NCBI GenBank assembly: GCA_965204535.1
Contig: OZ241996.1
Location: 1,344,001-1,408,000 of the forward strand
Reading direction: 5' to 3'
Origin: a bacterium
Lineage (GTDB): Bacteria > UBA8248
DNA length: 64,000 nt
This document shows, piece by piece, positions 28,083 through 38,613 of the stretch. The notes below the pieces were generated by a model that saw only the letters and a list, made by a program, of their open reading frames with translations, made no database searches and was not told the DNA's origin. The translations under genes and the position numbers were made by a program. The first letter of the stretch is position 1. The number at the start of each line of letters is the position of its first letter.

Positions 28083-28234
28083 GACGTGAAATCGAGATTC
28101 TTATTTTGCTCTTTTTGGGGTACCTGTGCTTGATGGTAGGCTTTCGCATGGAAGACATTGGCATACAGGTTTTTTGCTATATTCTCTCGGCCATGTTTTT
28201 TTTCGCCATATTCCGACCCAAGCAGTCTCCCTGA
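28079..28234 (+). CDS. Small two-TM membrane protein (51 aa; absent from the ORF track)
   Basis: ATGA overlap with the upstream stop; MRREIEILILLFLGYLCLMVGFRMEDIGIQVFCYILSAMFFFAIFRPKQSP; ends 13 nt before the tRNA. Confidence 0.6.
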   Translation: MRREIEILILLFLGYLCLMVGFRMEDIGIQVFCYILSAMFFFAIFRPKQSP

Positions 28235-28247
28235 CGGGGTGCATTCT

Positions 28248-28324
28248 GGCGGCGTAGCTCAACCGGTTAGAGCATACGGCTCATATCCGTAGTGTTGGGG
28301 GTTCAAGTCCCTCCGCCGCTACCA
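28248..28324 (+). tRNA. tRNA-Met (CAT), elongator type
   Basis: GGCGGCG/CGCCGCT acceptor stem, TACGG-CTCATAT-CCGTA anticodon arm, GTTCAAGT T-loop and encoded CCA. Confidence 0.93.
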
Positions 28325-28352
28325 TTCCTCGCCACCAGGGGAGGAACTCCCG

Positions 28353-29840
28353 ATGACCTCGGACACCTCGCAAACAAATCCACTTAAAATAAAAAAACGA
28401 TTTGAAGCCAAGGTGAGAAAAGGCCTCCAGAAATCGGCTTATGCGGCCGAGTCTGCCCCTTTGATGGTCGGTTTTTCCGGTGGCGCAGATTCCACGGCTC
28501 TTTTGTTGTCCTTGAAGTCGATCCTGCCGGAATCACAACTCCTGTGTGCCGTTCATATCGAACATGGACTCCGTGGCGGTCTTTCAAAAAAAGATGCTGA
28601 GCATGCTGAGCAGGTGTGTTTGCGACACGATATCGATTTTCGTTGTGAGCACGTTCATGTGTCTCGAACAGCGCAATTGGGTCTTGAAGGAGCTGCCCGC
28701 GAATCAAGGCGCTCGGCCTTCCTGACGATTGCGAAGGAGATGGGCGCTGATACCATCGCGTTGGCCCACAACAGGGATGATCAAGCCGAAACCGTGCTCA
28801 TGCGTTTATTTGAAGGGGCAGGCGTCAGGGGGATGGGAGGTATGAAGTGGAGGACCCCGCTTTCGTCGAAAGGAGAAGATGCGTTCCACATCATCCGGCC
28901 TTTACTGGATTTGTCGCGTGAGGAGATTTTGGAGTACTTGGAGATACTGGGCATCTCCTGGGTCGAGGATGAAACGAATCTGGACGAGAGTCGCCTCAGA
29001 AATCGGATACGCAAAAAAATTATGCCGATGGTTCGGGAGCACTTGGGGGATGCGGCCATTAGCGGAATCGCCAAGAGTGCGGAGATATCGGCCCCGCTTG
29101 TTTTCCTGATGGATGAAATGTCCAAGGAATTGACGGTGAAATTCATCCATAAAGACAACGGGAAACTCGTTGTTTCTCCTTTAGGGGCAGTGAAGGAACT
29201 CGCTCAATCGCTTAGAGCGGAGGTTTGGCGTGCGGCACTTGCAATGCTCAGAGGCGAATCGCCCGCCCAAACCGGCAGACGCGCTCTCCGGGAATGGATT
29301 GAAGGCCTGGATCGCCTGGCAATGGGAGATAAACCCTCGGGTGTGTTGAGTTTGCCGGGCGGCCTGGAAGCGAGAAAGGAATATGACCGCCTTATCTTCG
29401 GGAGTTCCCTTGTTGATTCGAAGTTGCTTGAGGAGAAAAAACTGCGGGTTCCAGGAAAGACGGTTCATCATTCACTAGGCCTTGCGATAGAAGCATCATG
29501 TCATTTTACACATCGTTCAAACGGCGCATGGGAGGTGTGTCTCGACCTGGAAAAGCTGGGGGCGGATGCCTGTATCCGAACCCGGCGTGATGGAGATCGG
29601 TTCCATCCATTGGGACGAACAAAAGCGAAGAAACTCAAGGATTACCTCATAAAGCGGAAAATACCGAAATCCGTAAGGAATCGAATACCTCTCCTGGCCG
29701 TAGGAGGTAAGGTGGCATGGATCATAGGTCATCAGGTTTCAGCGGAATTCGTGCTTGATGGGAATGAGAAGAGGGGGGTTACCCTTAAAGCGTTGCTGGA
29801 GAATGAAGACAGTAAGCTCTTAAGTTCTTTGGGTTATTGA
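28353..29840 (+). CDS. tilS: tRNA(Ile)-lysidine synthase
   Basis: SGGADS PP-loop, AHNRDDQAET, IRPLL, RNRIR and C-terminal GDRF...KKLKD. Confidence 0.95.
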   Translation: MTSDTSQTNPLKIKKRFEAKVRKGLQKSAYAAESAPLMVGFSGGADSTALLLSLKSILPESQLLCAVHIEHGLRGGLSKKDAEHAEQVCLRHDIDFRCEHVHVSRTAQLGLEGAARESRRSAFLTIAKEMGADTIALAHNRDDQAETVLMRLFEGAGVRGMGGMKWRTPLSSKGEDAFHIIRPLLDLSREEILEYLEILGISWVEDETNLDESRLRNRIRKKIMPMVREHLGDAAISGIAKSAEISAPLVFLMDEMSKELTVKFIHKDNGKLVVSPLGAVKELAQSLRAEVWRAALAMLRGESPAQTGRRALREWIEGLDRLAMGDKPSGVLSLPGGLEARKEYDRLIFGSSLVDSKLLEEKKLRVPGKTVHHSLGLAIEASCHFTHRSNGAWEVCLDLEKLGADACIRTRRDGDRFHPLGRTKAKKLKDYLIKRKIPKSVRNRIPLLAVGGKVAWIIGHQVSAEFVLDGNEKRGVTLKALLENEDSKLLSSLGY

Positions 29841-29932
29841 TTTGGAGTTTAGCTCGTAGACGGATGGGAAAAATCCTGATAACGTGTTTTCAGGGTTTAG
29901 AGAGCCGCTTACGCGAGAAAAAGGAAGGCATT

Positions 29933-31852
29933 TTGAATCAATTTTACAAGAATTTGGCGCTTTGGCTGATTATCGGGTTGATAATGGTTGGTTTGTTTCA
30001 AGCCTTCAATAGCCCGCGCTCAACCGACCGAACGGTTGTCTACAGCGATTTCCTGCAAGCGGTATCTGATGGACAGGTGACCGAAGTGATCGTCCAGGGA
30101 GACAATATTCGAGGTCGCTACCTGAGCGGCAGGTCCTTTCATACCCATGCTCCCAAAGACCCGAAGCTGATCGACACACTCAGAGCCAAGGGCGTTCGCA
30201 TCACGGCGCAGCCCGTAGAACAAAACTCCTGGTATATGAACATGCTGTTGAGTTGGCTGCCTATGCTGGTGATGCTGGGCGTTTGGATTTTCTTCATGCG
30301 CCAGATGCAAATGGGCGGCTCCAAAGCTCTGTCGTTCGGAAAAAGCAAAGCGCGAATGATGCCCGAATCTGCGAAGAAAAAGATTACGTTCGCAGATGTG
30401 GCCGGTATCGAGGAAGCCAAGGAAGAACTTGAAGAACTCGTTGATTTTCTCCGCGACCCGCAGAAGTTCACGCGCCTGGGCGCGCGTATTCCCAAGGGTG
30501 TCCTGATGGTTGGGCCTCCGGGCACGGGCAAAACCTTGCTGGCGCGGGCCATCGCGGGTGAAGCGGACGTGCCGTTTTTCTCGATAAGCGGATCGAGTTT
30601 TGTGGAGATGTTTGTCGGGGTCGGGGCGTCGAGAGTCCGGGATTTGTTCGAGCAGGGCAAAGCAAATGCGCCTTGCATCATTTTCATCGATGAGATTGAT
30701 GCTGTCGGGCGACACAGGGGCGCCGGCCTGGGAGGTGGTCACGATGAGCGCGAGCAAACGCTCAATCAACTTCTCGTCGAGATGGATGGTTTTGAGTCGA
30801 ATGACGGGGTCATCCTGATGGCAGCGACGAACCGGCCGGACGTGCTGGATCCGGCTTTGCTCAGGCCAGGCCGCTTTGACCGCCAGATTGTCGTTTCCTT
30901 GCCAGATATTAAAGGGCGCTTGGCCATTTTGAAGGTGCATGCCGTAAAGGTGCCGCTCGATGAATCCGTCGATTTGAGTCTCATCGCGCGCGGAACCCCG
31001 CGATTTGCGGGCGCTGACTTGGCGAATCTTTTGAACGAATCCGCACTTCTCGCGGCGCGCCGGGGAAAACAGTCCGTTGAAAACGAAGACTTGATGGAAG
31101 CGAAGGATAAAGTCTTGATGGGCAAGGAGCGGCGCAGCATGGCGCTCAGCGAAAAAGAGAAGAAAAACACGGCCTACCACGAAGCGGGGCACGCCCTTGT
31201 TTCATTACTGATACCCGGGACGGACCCGGTAGAGAAGGTAACGATCATCCCGCGTGGTTTTTCGTTGGGAAGTACATGGTCCTCTCCTCTTGAAGATCGT
31301 TACAGCAACGACAAGACATTTTTAACGAACCAGCTTGCCTGCCTGATGGGTGGACGTGCGGCAGAGATGTTGGTCTTTGAAGAATTGACGACAGGGGCGA
31401 AAGCAGATATCCAGACGGCGACCGACCTGGCGAGAAGTATGGTTTGTGAATGGGGGATGAGCGAAAAACTCGGTCCTTTGGCGTATGGGAAAAAGCATGA
31501 GCAGATCTTTTTGGGCCGTGAAATCTCCCAGCACAGGGATTATAGCGACCAGGTGGCCTTGGAAATTGATAACGAAGTGAAGGATATGGTCTCGTCGAGT
31601 TATGAGAGAGCGTATAAGTTACTCGAGGAAAATCGGGACAAGCTCGATTTGCTCGCCAATGCGCTACTCGAGTATGAAACCATCGATCTCAAAGACATCG
31701 AGTCTTTGATGGAAACCGGGGAGATTTCCAGGAGTCGCAAGCGAAAAGACGGGGTTGGTGAGGGAAAGACCCCTGTCTCTTCTGAACCGGAGGAAAAACC
31801 TCGCGAGGATCCGCAAGGGTCACCGACGGACCTGGCGCCCGGCCAAGCCTAG
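29933..31852 (+). CDS. ftsH: ATP-dependent zinc metalloprotease FtsH
   Basis: TTG start giving [11 protein letters not shown]; [23 protein letters not shown] and HEAGH motifs. Confidence 0.97.
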   Translation: MNQFYKNLALWLIIGLIMVGLFQAFNSPRSTDRTVVYSDFLQAVSDGQVTEVIVQGDNIRGRYLSGRSFHTHAPKDPKLIDTLRAKGVRITAQPVEQNSWYMNMLLSWLPMLVMLGVWIFFMRQMQMGGSKALSFGKSKARMMPESAKKKITFADVAGIEEAKEELEELVDFLRDPQKFTRLGARIPKGVLMVGPPGTGKTLLARAIAGEADVPFFSISGSSFVEMFVGVGASRVRDLFEQGKANAPCIIFIDEIDAVGRHRGAGLGGGHDEREQTLNQLLVEMDGFESNDGVILMAATNRPDVLDPALLRPGRFDRQIVVSLPDIKGRLAILKVHAVKVPLDESVDLSLIARGTPRFAGADLANLLNESALLAARRGKQSVENEDLMEAKDKVLMGKERRSMALSEKEKKNTAYHEAGHALVSLLIPGTDPVEKVTIIPRGFSLGSTWSSPLEDRYSNDKTFLTNQLACLMGGRAAEMLVFEELTTGAKADIQTATDLARSMVCEWGMSEKLGPLAYGKKHEQIFLGREISQHRDYSDQVALEIDNEVKDMVSSSYERAYKLLEENRDKLDLLANALLEYETIDLKDIESLMETGEISRSRKRKDGVGEGKTPVSSEPEEKPREDPQGSPTDLAPGQA

Positions 31853-31965
31853 TTTCTCCTTAAATTTCAATTTATGATAGAGCATAGGAGTGCCGCTGAA
31901 TTTTGGCATTCGGGAGACGAACGTCCAAATAGCATCGTGTTGCAGGTGTGGTTTTGAGGGATAAG

Positions 31966-32694
31966 ATGGCTAAGCTCTGTGTGAATGTGGACCACGTTGC
32001 CACCATCCGTGAAGCGCGGAAGACGAACGAACCCGACCCGGTGGCGGCCGCGCTTATTGCTGAGCGTGCGGGCGCGATAGGCATCACCATTCACCTGCGT
32101 GAAGACAGGAGGCATATCCAGGACAGGGATTTGAAATTGATGCGCCAAGTGGTTCGAGGCAAACTCAACCTGGAGATGGCGCCTGTACCCGAGATGCAGG
32201 GCATCGCACTTGATGTGAAGCCGGAACAAGTCACCCTGGTTCCGGAGCGACGTGAAGAGATAACGACCGAGGGCGGCTTGGACGTGGCAGGCAACATCGA
32301 GCAAATAGCCGGCTTGATGAAGCCGTTGCGAGAAGCGGGGCTTCTCTTGAGTCTTTTTATCGACCCGCATCCCGAGCAGATTGAAGCCGCCAAGGAGTTA
32401 AACGCAGATTTCGTGGAATTGAACACGGCGGCATATTCTGAAGCCAAAGGGCAGGTGTCCCAGAAAGAAGAGTTGACATCACTCCGTAATGCTTCTTTAC
32501 AGACCCACGGACTCGGCATTGGGGTACACGCCGGCCACGGCCTTACTTATCTCAATGTGGAAGCCGTGGCCTCTCTGCCCCACCTGCAGGAACTGAATAT
32601 TGGACACAGCATTGTCTCGCTTTCTGTTTTTGTCGGATTTGAGAGAGCTGTGCGTGAGATGTCGGATATCATCGAGCGAGCAGGCCCCGCCTGA
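31966..32694 (+). CDS. pdxJ: Pyridoxine 5'-phosphate synthase
   Basis: [28 protein letters not shown] and LNIGHSI motifs. Confidence 0.96.
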   Translation: MAKLCVNVDHVATIREARKTNEPDPVAAALIAERAGAIGITIHLREDRRHIQDRDLKLMRQVVRGKLNLEMAPVPEMQGIALDVKPEQVTLVPERREEITTEGGLDVAGNIEQIAGLMKPLREAGLLLSLFIDPHPEQIEAAKELNADFVELNTAAYSEAKGQVSQKEELTSLRNASLQTHGLGIGVHAGHGLTYLNVEAVASLPHLQELNIGHSIVSLSVFVGFERAVREMSDIIERAGPA

Positions 32695-32696
32695 AC

Positions 32697-34271
32697 ATGC
32701 CGATTCCCGTCGTTACAGCCCAGGAAATGTCGAATATCGACAATCGGGCGATTCAAGAATATGGAATTCCCTCCACGTGCCTGATGGAGACGGCAGGTGC
32801 AAAATCCGCCCAAAATATATGGGAAACATATGGCAGAAATGATTTCCGTGTCCTGATTGTTTGCGGGAAAGGGAATAACGGCGGGGATGGCTTCGTCATT
32901 GCCAGGCATTTGTTCAATGCCGGGGCCGATGTTGATGTCGCGATTTTGTTCCCGCGGAATGAAGCCAAAGGTGACCCAGCCGTTTTCTTGAAGTCTCTTG
33001 AAAAGATGAAAATTTCCATCATCGAAGTGGAGGAGGAAAATACCTCACGTTTCGAAGCTTTGGTGAAAAATGCGGACCTGATAGTAGATGCCATTCTGGG
33101 AACCGGGTTTCAGCCGCCTGCCCGTGGCCTTCCGGAGAAAGTGATCCGCATCCTTTCCGCTAACGAGACCCCGATAATAGCTATCGATATACCATCCGGG
33201 CTCGACGGCACTACAGGTGGGGCCGAACTCCCATATATCCATGCGAAAACTACCTTGGCGCTGGGCGGTCTCAAGCGGGGGCATCTTCTCATGCCGGCCG
33301 CTGAGCATGTGGGTGAGGTGATATCTCTTGATATCGGGATTCCGAACGAGTGTCTGAAAGAAGAAAACATTTTACTCCACGTCACGGAACCTTCAGACGT
33401 AGCTGCGAATTTGCCTGAAAGACGCCCCGATGCGCATAAAGGGGATGCCGGCCATCTTTTGTTGATAGCCGGCGCGCCCGGTATGTCGGGAGCCGCATTG
33501 ATGACGGCCATGTCGGCCCTTCGCACGGGCGCAGGCCGGGTGACGCTTGCGGTGCCTGAAAGTATTTCTCCTCTGGTGGAGAGCAGATACCCGGAAGTCA
33601 TGACGTTGTCTTTGCCGGCCACCGAGTCTGGAGCTGTTGATGCTTCGGCGTTCGATTTTCTCGTTGAACGTTCAGAAGACATGAGTGCTTTGGTGATAGG
33701 ACCCGGGCTTCTGACGAACCCGAGAACGATTGAGCTTGTCCATTTACTCATCCAACACATTGGCGCACCCGTCGTCCTCGATGCCGATGCCCTGAATGCG
33801 CTTGCTCAGGATTTGACTATCCTGGACGGCAGACTCGCTCAACTGATCCTGACGCCACACCCTGGAGAAATGGCGAGGCTCCTTGGGATCTCGACGAGAG
33901 AAGTACAAGAAGACCGCATTACACACGCAAGCTCATTTGCCTCACAGCATCATCTTGACATCGCCTTAAAGGGCTGGGGAACAATTGTCGCCACATCGGA
34001 CGGGGAAATCTGGTACAACCCCACCGGAAATTCCAATATGGCCACCGCAGGCAGCGGAGACGTATTGGCGGGCGTTATTGGCGCTTTGCTCGCCCAGGGG
34101 CTTTCCCGAAAATGGTCTTTGATATGCGGGGTTTATTTGCATGGCTTATCTGGTGAATTGGCATCCTTGGAAGTGGGCGGGCTCGGAATCACGGCAACCG
34201 ATATTTTGCAAGCCCTTCCCAAGGCGAGAAGGGAAGTGTTCATGGAAGTAGGAGATTCTGAAACTGCTTGA
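32697..34271 (+). CDS. nnr: Bifunctional NAD(P)HX epimerase/dehydratase
   Basis: GKGNNGGDG, DIPSG, HKG, LDADAL, TPHPGE and ATAGSGDVL motifs. Confidence 0.94.
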   Translation: MPIPVVTAQEMSNIDNRAIQEYGIPSTCLMETAGAKSAQNIWETYGRNDFRVLIVCGKGNNGGDGFVIARHLFNAGADVDVAILFPRNEAKGDPAVFLKSLEKMKISIIEVEEENTSRFEALVKNADLIVDAILGTGFQPPARGLPEKVIRILSANETPIIAIDIPSGLDGTTGGAELPYIHAKTTLALGGLKRGHLLMPAAEHVGEVISLDIGIPNECLKEENILLHVTEPSDVAANLPERRPDAHKGDAGHLLLIAGAPGMSGAALMTAMSALRTGAGRVTLAVPESISPLVESRYPEVMTLSLPATESGAVDASAFDFLVERSEDMSALVIGPGLLTNPRTIELVHLLIQHIGAPVVLDADALNALAQDLTILDGRLAQLILTPHPGEMARLLGISTREVQEDRITHASSFASQHHLDIALKGWGTIVATSDGEIWYNPTGNSNMATAGSGDVLAGVIGALLAQGLSRKWSLICGVYLHGLSGELASLEVGGLGITATDILQALPKARREVFMEVGDSETA

Positions 34272-34284
34272 ATTCCCCTTTGAG

Positions 34285-34698
34285 ATGCGAAGTGATTCGT
34301 TAGAGCAAACGGTCGAACTAGGTGCTCGCTTGGCTGAAGTATCGAGACCCGGCGAGGTCGTTTTGCTCGATGGTGACTTAGGCGCAGGGAAAACTGCATT
34401 CGCAAAGGGTTTTATCGCATCGATGCCGGGGGGAGAAGGGCAGATCATCAGAAGCCCCACGTTTGTCTATATTCACCACTATCCAACCTTGCCGCCTACC
34501 CACCACATCGATTTGTACCGGCTTCCAAAAGGTTCAGACCTCATGGAAATGGGTTTGTGGGATCATATAGGTGAGAGCGATATTGTATTGATCGAGTGGC
34601 CTAACCATGTGGAGAAATGGCGTTTCCCTGTATCGACACACGTGAAGTTTGAGGTTGTGGGAGATGGAAGTCGGCACCTGTACTTTTTCCGGCCGTGA
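34285..34698 (+). CDS. tsaE: t6A biosynthesis ATPase TsaE
   Basis: GDLGAGKT, SPTF, HIDLYRL and IEWP motifs. Confidence 0.94.
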   Translation: MRSDSLEQTVELGARLAEVSRPGEVVLLDGDLGAGKTAFAKGFIASMPGGEGQIIRSPTFVYIHHYPTLPPTHHIDLYRLPKGSDLMEMGLWDHIGESDIVLIEWPNHVEKWRFPVSTHVKFEVVGDGSRHLYFFRP

Positions 34699-34887
34699 GA
34701 TATTTCTTCTTTACAAAGAAACGAAAGGGTGGCACTCTTACAGGGCATTGTTTTTGCTTATCTTCTTGATGTAACAGATGGAAACGGTACGAGAAAATAA
34801 ATTTCATGGTTCTGGAGGGATGAGTTTCTTATCGCAGATATGACATGTGCTGTCGTTGAATACCGCCTGTGCTTCAGAAGGTTTGCG

Positions 34888-35499
34888 ATGCTTTTCCGTA
34901 AGATGCTGAGAACGGTATTGCTGGGCTTTCTGCTCGTGATGGGCGGTACGATTGCCTATTTCATCTTGGGCTCTGCAAATCATCAACTCAATTTAGGGGG
35001 TATTTCGCTCACAGACTCGGATGCGGACTTTAGCATAGATAAAATGCATGTCGTCCAAAACACAAAAGGTGTCAGGGAATGGGAGTTGTGGGCCGACTCC
35101 GCCAAGGTGTACCGCCAAAAAGGCTTCACCATTCTCAAGAACCTGAAGCTTCGGTTTTATCCGAAAGAAGGTGAGCCCGCGCATGTGACTGCTCAAGAGG
35201 GAACCATGCAGAATGAGAGTCGGAACATTCGCATCAGCGGCAATGTTACCATCTTGGCTTCTAATGGCGTTTCGATGAAAACGGATTCTTTGTATTTTCG
35301 CTCAAAAGAGAAACGCATTGATTCGGATTCGCGGGTTTTGATGGAAGGGGCTCGTTTTCGTCTGGTCGGTACCGGTCTACAGGGGCGAACCGATACTGGG
35401 AAATACAAACTGAAGGAGAAAGTGAGCGCTACGATATACGGTGCGAGCGAGTATTCCCTCAAGGAGGAAAGAGGAAATAAGCTAACTCGCGCCAACTAA
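34888..35499 (+). CDS. lptC: LPS export protein LptC
   Basis: N-terminal TM anchor followed by beta-rich WELWADSA...GNV...TDSL; upstream of lptA-lptB. Confidence 0.85.
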   Translation: MLFRKMLRTVLLGFLLVMGGTIAYFILGSANHQLNLGGISLTDSDADFSIDKMHVVQNTKGVREWELWADSAKVYRQKGFTILKNLKLRFYPKEGEPAHVTAQEGTMQNESRNIRISGNVTILASNGVSMKTDSLYFRSKEKRIDSDSRVLMEGARFRLVGTGLQGRTDTGKYKLKEKVSATIYGASEYSLKEERGNKLTRAN

Positions 35500-35537
35500 A
35501 GGGGCACATACGGCCAATCCCCTGTTGGAGGGCTGTT

Positions 35538-36131
35538 TTGAAACCGAAAAACTACCGCCTGAAACGTCTTACCCTCATTGGCCTGGGAATATGCTTAGGC
35601 TTTTTGGTGTGGGGCAACACTAACTTATCCGCCCAGGAAAAAACCAAGAAAAGTCACTTAAACCGCAAGGCGCAGATCCACATTGTCTCCGATAAAATGG
35701 AAGTAAACAGTCGGAAGAACCTCATTGTGTTCATCGGCAATGTGGAAGCGAACCAGGGGAAGATGAGACTAAAGGCGAATCGCCTCGAAATATATACGCT
35801 GGAAAACAGACAATTCGGCTCGAAGCGAAGGCCAACTCCCAAGGACAGGGCAGGGGAAATCGATAGAATCGTGGCCATTGGAAACGTAGAGATGGATCAG
35901 GCAAAACGAAGGTTCGCCACTGCTGCCCGGCTCGAATATCAAGAATCCACCGGCATCGCCGTTTTGACGGGAAACCCTCGCGTATGGGAAGGCAAAAATC
36001 GCTTAGTCGGCGCTGAAATAAAGTTGAATTTGAAAGAAGACAAAACGATAGTTCATGGTTCGAAGCGCCAAAGAGTCAGCGTTACCCTATTTCCTTCCAG
36101 CGAGACACCCCGCCGCAAAAAATCAAACTAG
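35538..36131 (+). CDS. lptA: LPS transport periplasmic protein LptA
   Basis: Signal peptide; [19 protein letters not shown] and LTGNP motifs. Confidence 0.88.
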   Translation: MKPKNYRLKRLTLIGLGICLGFLVWGNTNLSAQEKTKKSHLNRKAQIHIVSDKMEVNSRKNLIVFIGNVEANQGKMRLKANRLEIYTLENRQFGSKRRPTPKDRAGEIDRIVAIGNVEMDQAKRRFATAARLEYQESTGIAVLTGNPRVWEGKNRLVGAEIKLNLKEDKTIVHGSKRQRVSVTLFPSSETPRRKKSN

Positions 36132-36135
36132 ACTC

Positions 36136-36900
36136 ATGTCAACCCGAACCGATGGCACTGCTGTACGCGGTGAAGGCGCTGTTTCCGTTCAGGCCACTGA
36201 GTTAACTAAAAGCTATTCCGGTCGAACGGTTGTCTCCGGCGTGGAGTTCGAAGTGCATCCTGGCGAAATCGTCGGTTTGCTTGGACCAAACGGGGCCGGC
36301 AAGACGACGATATTTTATATGATTGTCGGACTGATCGCTCCGGATGCGGGAAAAATTTTCTTGAATGGCAGGGAAATCACCGACCAGCCCATGCATATGC
36401 GCGCCAAGAGGGGAATCAGCTATCTTCCTCAGGAAGCGTCTGTGTTTCGCCGCCTTTCGGTAAGGCAAAACATCATGGCGGTGCTTGAATTGGTTTTGCG
36501 TGCTCCAGACCAGCGCGAGCGGCGATTAAACGAGATTCTAGAGGACTTGGATATCCAGCACATTCAATCTTTGAAGGGATATGCTCTCTCCGGCGGGGAA
36601 CGGCGGCGTGTAGAAATTGCCCGGGCATTGGCCACTGATCCCGCTTTTATGCTCCTTGATGAGCCTTTCGCCGGCATTGACCCCATCGTGGTTCACGACA
36701 TTCAGGAGATAGTGATGGGTTTAAAGGCTCGTGGAATTGGAGTCATCATTACAGACCACAACGTGCGCGAGGCCCTTCAGATATCTGACAGGGCGTACAT
36801 CATCAATGAGGGGCGTATACTGGAGTCCGGTACCCCGGAAGAAATTGCCGTAAGCGATAAAGCCCGGAATGTTTATCTGGGCGAAAAATTTCGTTTTTAA
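36136..36900 (+). CDS. lptB: LPS export ABC ATPase LptB
   Basis: [44 protein letters not shown] and YLGEKF motifs. Confidence 0.96.
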   Translation: MSTRTDGTAVRGEGAVSVQATELTKSYSGRTVVSGVEFEVHPGEIVGLLGPNGAGKTTIFYMIVGLIAPDAGKIFLNGREITDQPMHMRAKRGISYLPQEASVFRRLSVRQNIMAVLELVLRAPDQRERRLNEILEDLDIQHIQSLKGYALSGGERRRVEIARALATDPAFMLLDEPFAGIDPIVVHDIQEIVMGLKARGIGVIITDHNVREALQISDRAYIINEGRILESGTPEEIAVSDKARNVYLGEKFRF

Positions 36901-36916
36901 GGTGAGGGAAATCCAC

Positions 36917-38359
36917 GTGGCCTTGCAGCATAAGATGGCAATGAGGGCGGAGCAGCGTCTCGTCATGACCGCCATGATGCGGCAGGCGATTGGCCTTTTG
37001 CCGTTGAGCCGCATGGAAATGCAGCAAGCCGTTCAGCAGGAAATGTTGAATAATCCCTTGTTGGAAGAAATTCAGGATGAAGAAAAAGAAGTAGTTGATG
37101 GAGAGATGCCGGAATTGAGAATCGATGTTCCCGAGAATCAAAACGATGAAAGAGGTGAGGTGGAGATTGATTGGGAAAACATCGCGCAGGACAATCTTGA
37201 TGATTTCTCGCCTTCAGCCCCCGTTGATGATTTTCCCTCTTATGAGCAGACCTTGGCGCGACCCGATACGTTGTATGAACACCTGGAGTGGCAATTGAGT
37301 CTTTCGGTGGTTCCTGAACCGATAGCATGGATTGCCGGGCAAATTATCTGGAATGTAAATGAGGAAGGTTATCTTGAGGCCGACGTGGAAGAGTTGGCAG
37401 CCAACGCGGGCCTTGGGTCTCGAGAAGCTCATAGGGCGTTGGCCTTGGTGCAGGGGTTCAATCCGCCCGGCGTTGCTGCGAGGACACTTCAAGAATGCCT
37501 GCTTATACAGTTGAAAAATAATGAATTGCCTGTGAACGGAAATAGCTCTATCGTGGAGCTTGCGAGAGTCTTGGTGCGAAAGAATATAGAGAAGATAGGT
37601 GAGCCTCCATATGCGAAACTCGCCAAGGCCAACGACGTCGATGTGGAAGACATCGTTCAGGCCGTCGACATCATTCGGAGCCTCGACCCGCGTCCAGGGT
37701 TGCGTTTTTCTGATCGCAGAGTGGAGATAGTGGTCCCGGATGTGAGCGTCGACAAAAGAGGAGATGAATATGAGGTGACACTCAATGACGATGACCTGCC
37801 ACTCCTGCGCGTCAACTCTAAATATGCGGCCATGGCGGTCGACAAAGCGGGAATCTCGCCCGACACGCGGAAGTATCTGGAGGAAAAGTTAAGGGCAGCT
37901 GCCTGGTTTGTGAAAAGTATAGAGCAAAGAAAACAGACGATTCTGAAAGTTTGCCGAAGCATCGTGCGTTTCCAAAAAGATTTTCTGGATTATGGCGTGA
38001 GTCATATAAAGCCCCTCATCTTGAGGGATGTGGCGCAAGATATCGGGATGCACGAATCGACCGTGAGTCGTGTTACGACGGACAAGTATATGGATACCCC
38101 GCAGGGTGTTTTAAGCTTTAAGTATTTTTTTCACAGTGGGTTGGAATCAAGTGCGGGGGAGAGTGCCTCTTCCGTGGCCGTAAAGGAAATCATCAAGAAT
38201 ATGGTCGCGCAGGAAAACCCTGAGAAGCCGCTCACCGACCAGCAAATTGCGGATAGGCTCAAGCAGGACAACGTGGCGATAGCAAGGCGAACGGTGACGA
38301 AATACCGCAAGGAGCTCCGCATCTCGCCCACCAGCAAAAGACGCAAAATACGTCAATAA
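36917..38359 (+). CDS. rpoN: RNA polymerase sigma-54 factor
   Basis: Q/L-rich region I, NPLLE, MHESTVSRV and RpoN box ARRTVTKYR. Confidence 0.97.
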   Translation: MALQHKMAMRAEQRLVMTAMMRQAIGLLPLSRMEMQQAVQQEMLNNPLLEEIQDEEKEVVDGEMPELRIDVPENQNDERGEVEIDWENIAQDNLDDFSPSAPVDDFPSYEQTLARPDTLYEHLEWQLSLSVVPEPIAWIAGQIIWNVNEEGYLEADVEELAANAGLGSREAHRALALVQGFNPPGVAARTLQECLLIQLKNNELPVNGNSSIVELARVLVRKNIEKIGEPPYAKLAKANDVDVEDIVQAVDIIRSLDPRPGLRFSDRRVEIVVPDVSVDKRGDEYEVTLNDDDLPLLRVNSKYAAMAVDKAGISPDTRKYLEEKLRAAAWFVKSIEQRKQTILKVCRSIVRFQKDFLDYGVSHIKPLILRDVAQDIGMHESTVSRVTTDKYMDTPQGVLSFKYFFHSGLESSAGESASSVAVKEIIKNMVAQENPEKPLTDQQIADRLKQDNVAIARRTVTKYRKELRISPTSKRRKIRQ

Positions 38360-38613
38360 CATCTAAGCGCGGTTTGCTCATGAGCTCATAATTCTCACCT
38401 GCGCACCCTATGGTTCGCAGGGGCGACTCAGGAAGATCCCCGGTTCCGCGGTTTATCTGAAAAAAGGAAAAATATTTGTTATTATTCGCATAGGTGGACG
38501 TTCCATTTTCTGGTGCGCAACATGGCGTCTCAATGGTCTCGTATCGGAGATTTTTCTGGATATCCCGGAACGGACATTGAAGCCCCTGGGTGTGTAGAGC
38601 ATCGAGGAACATT

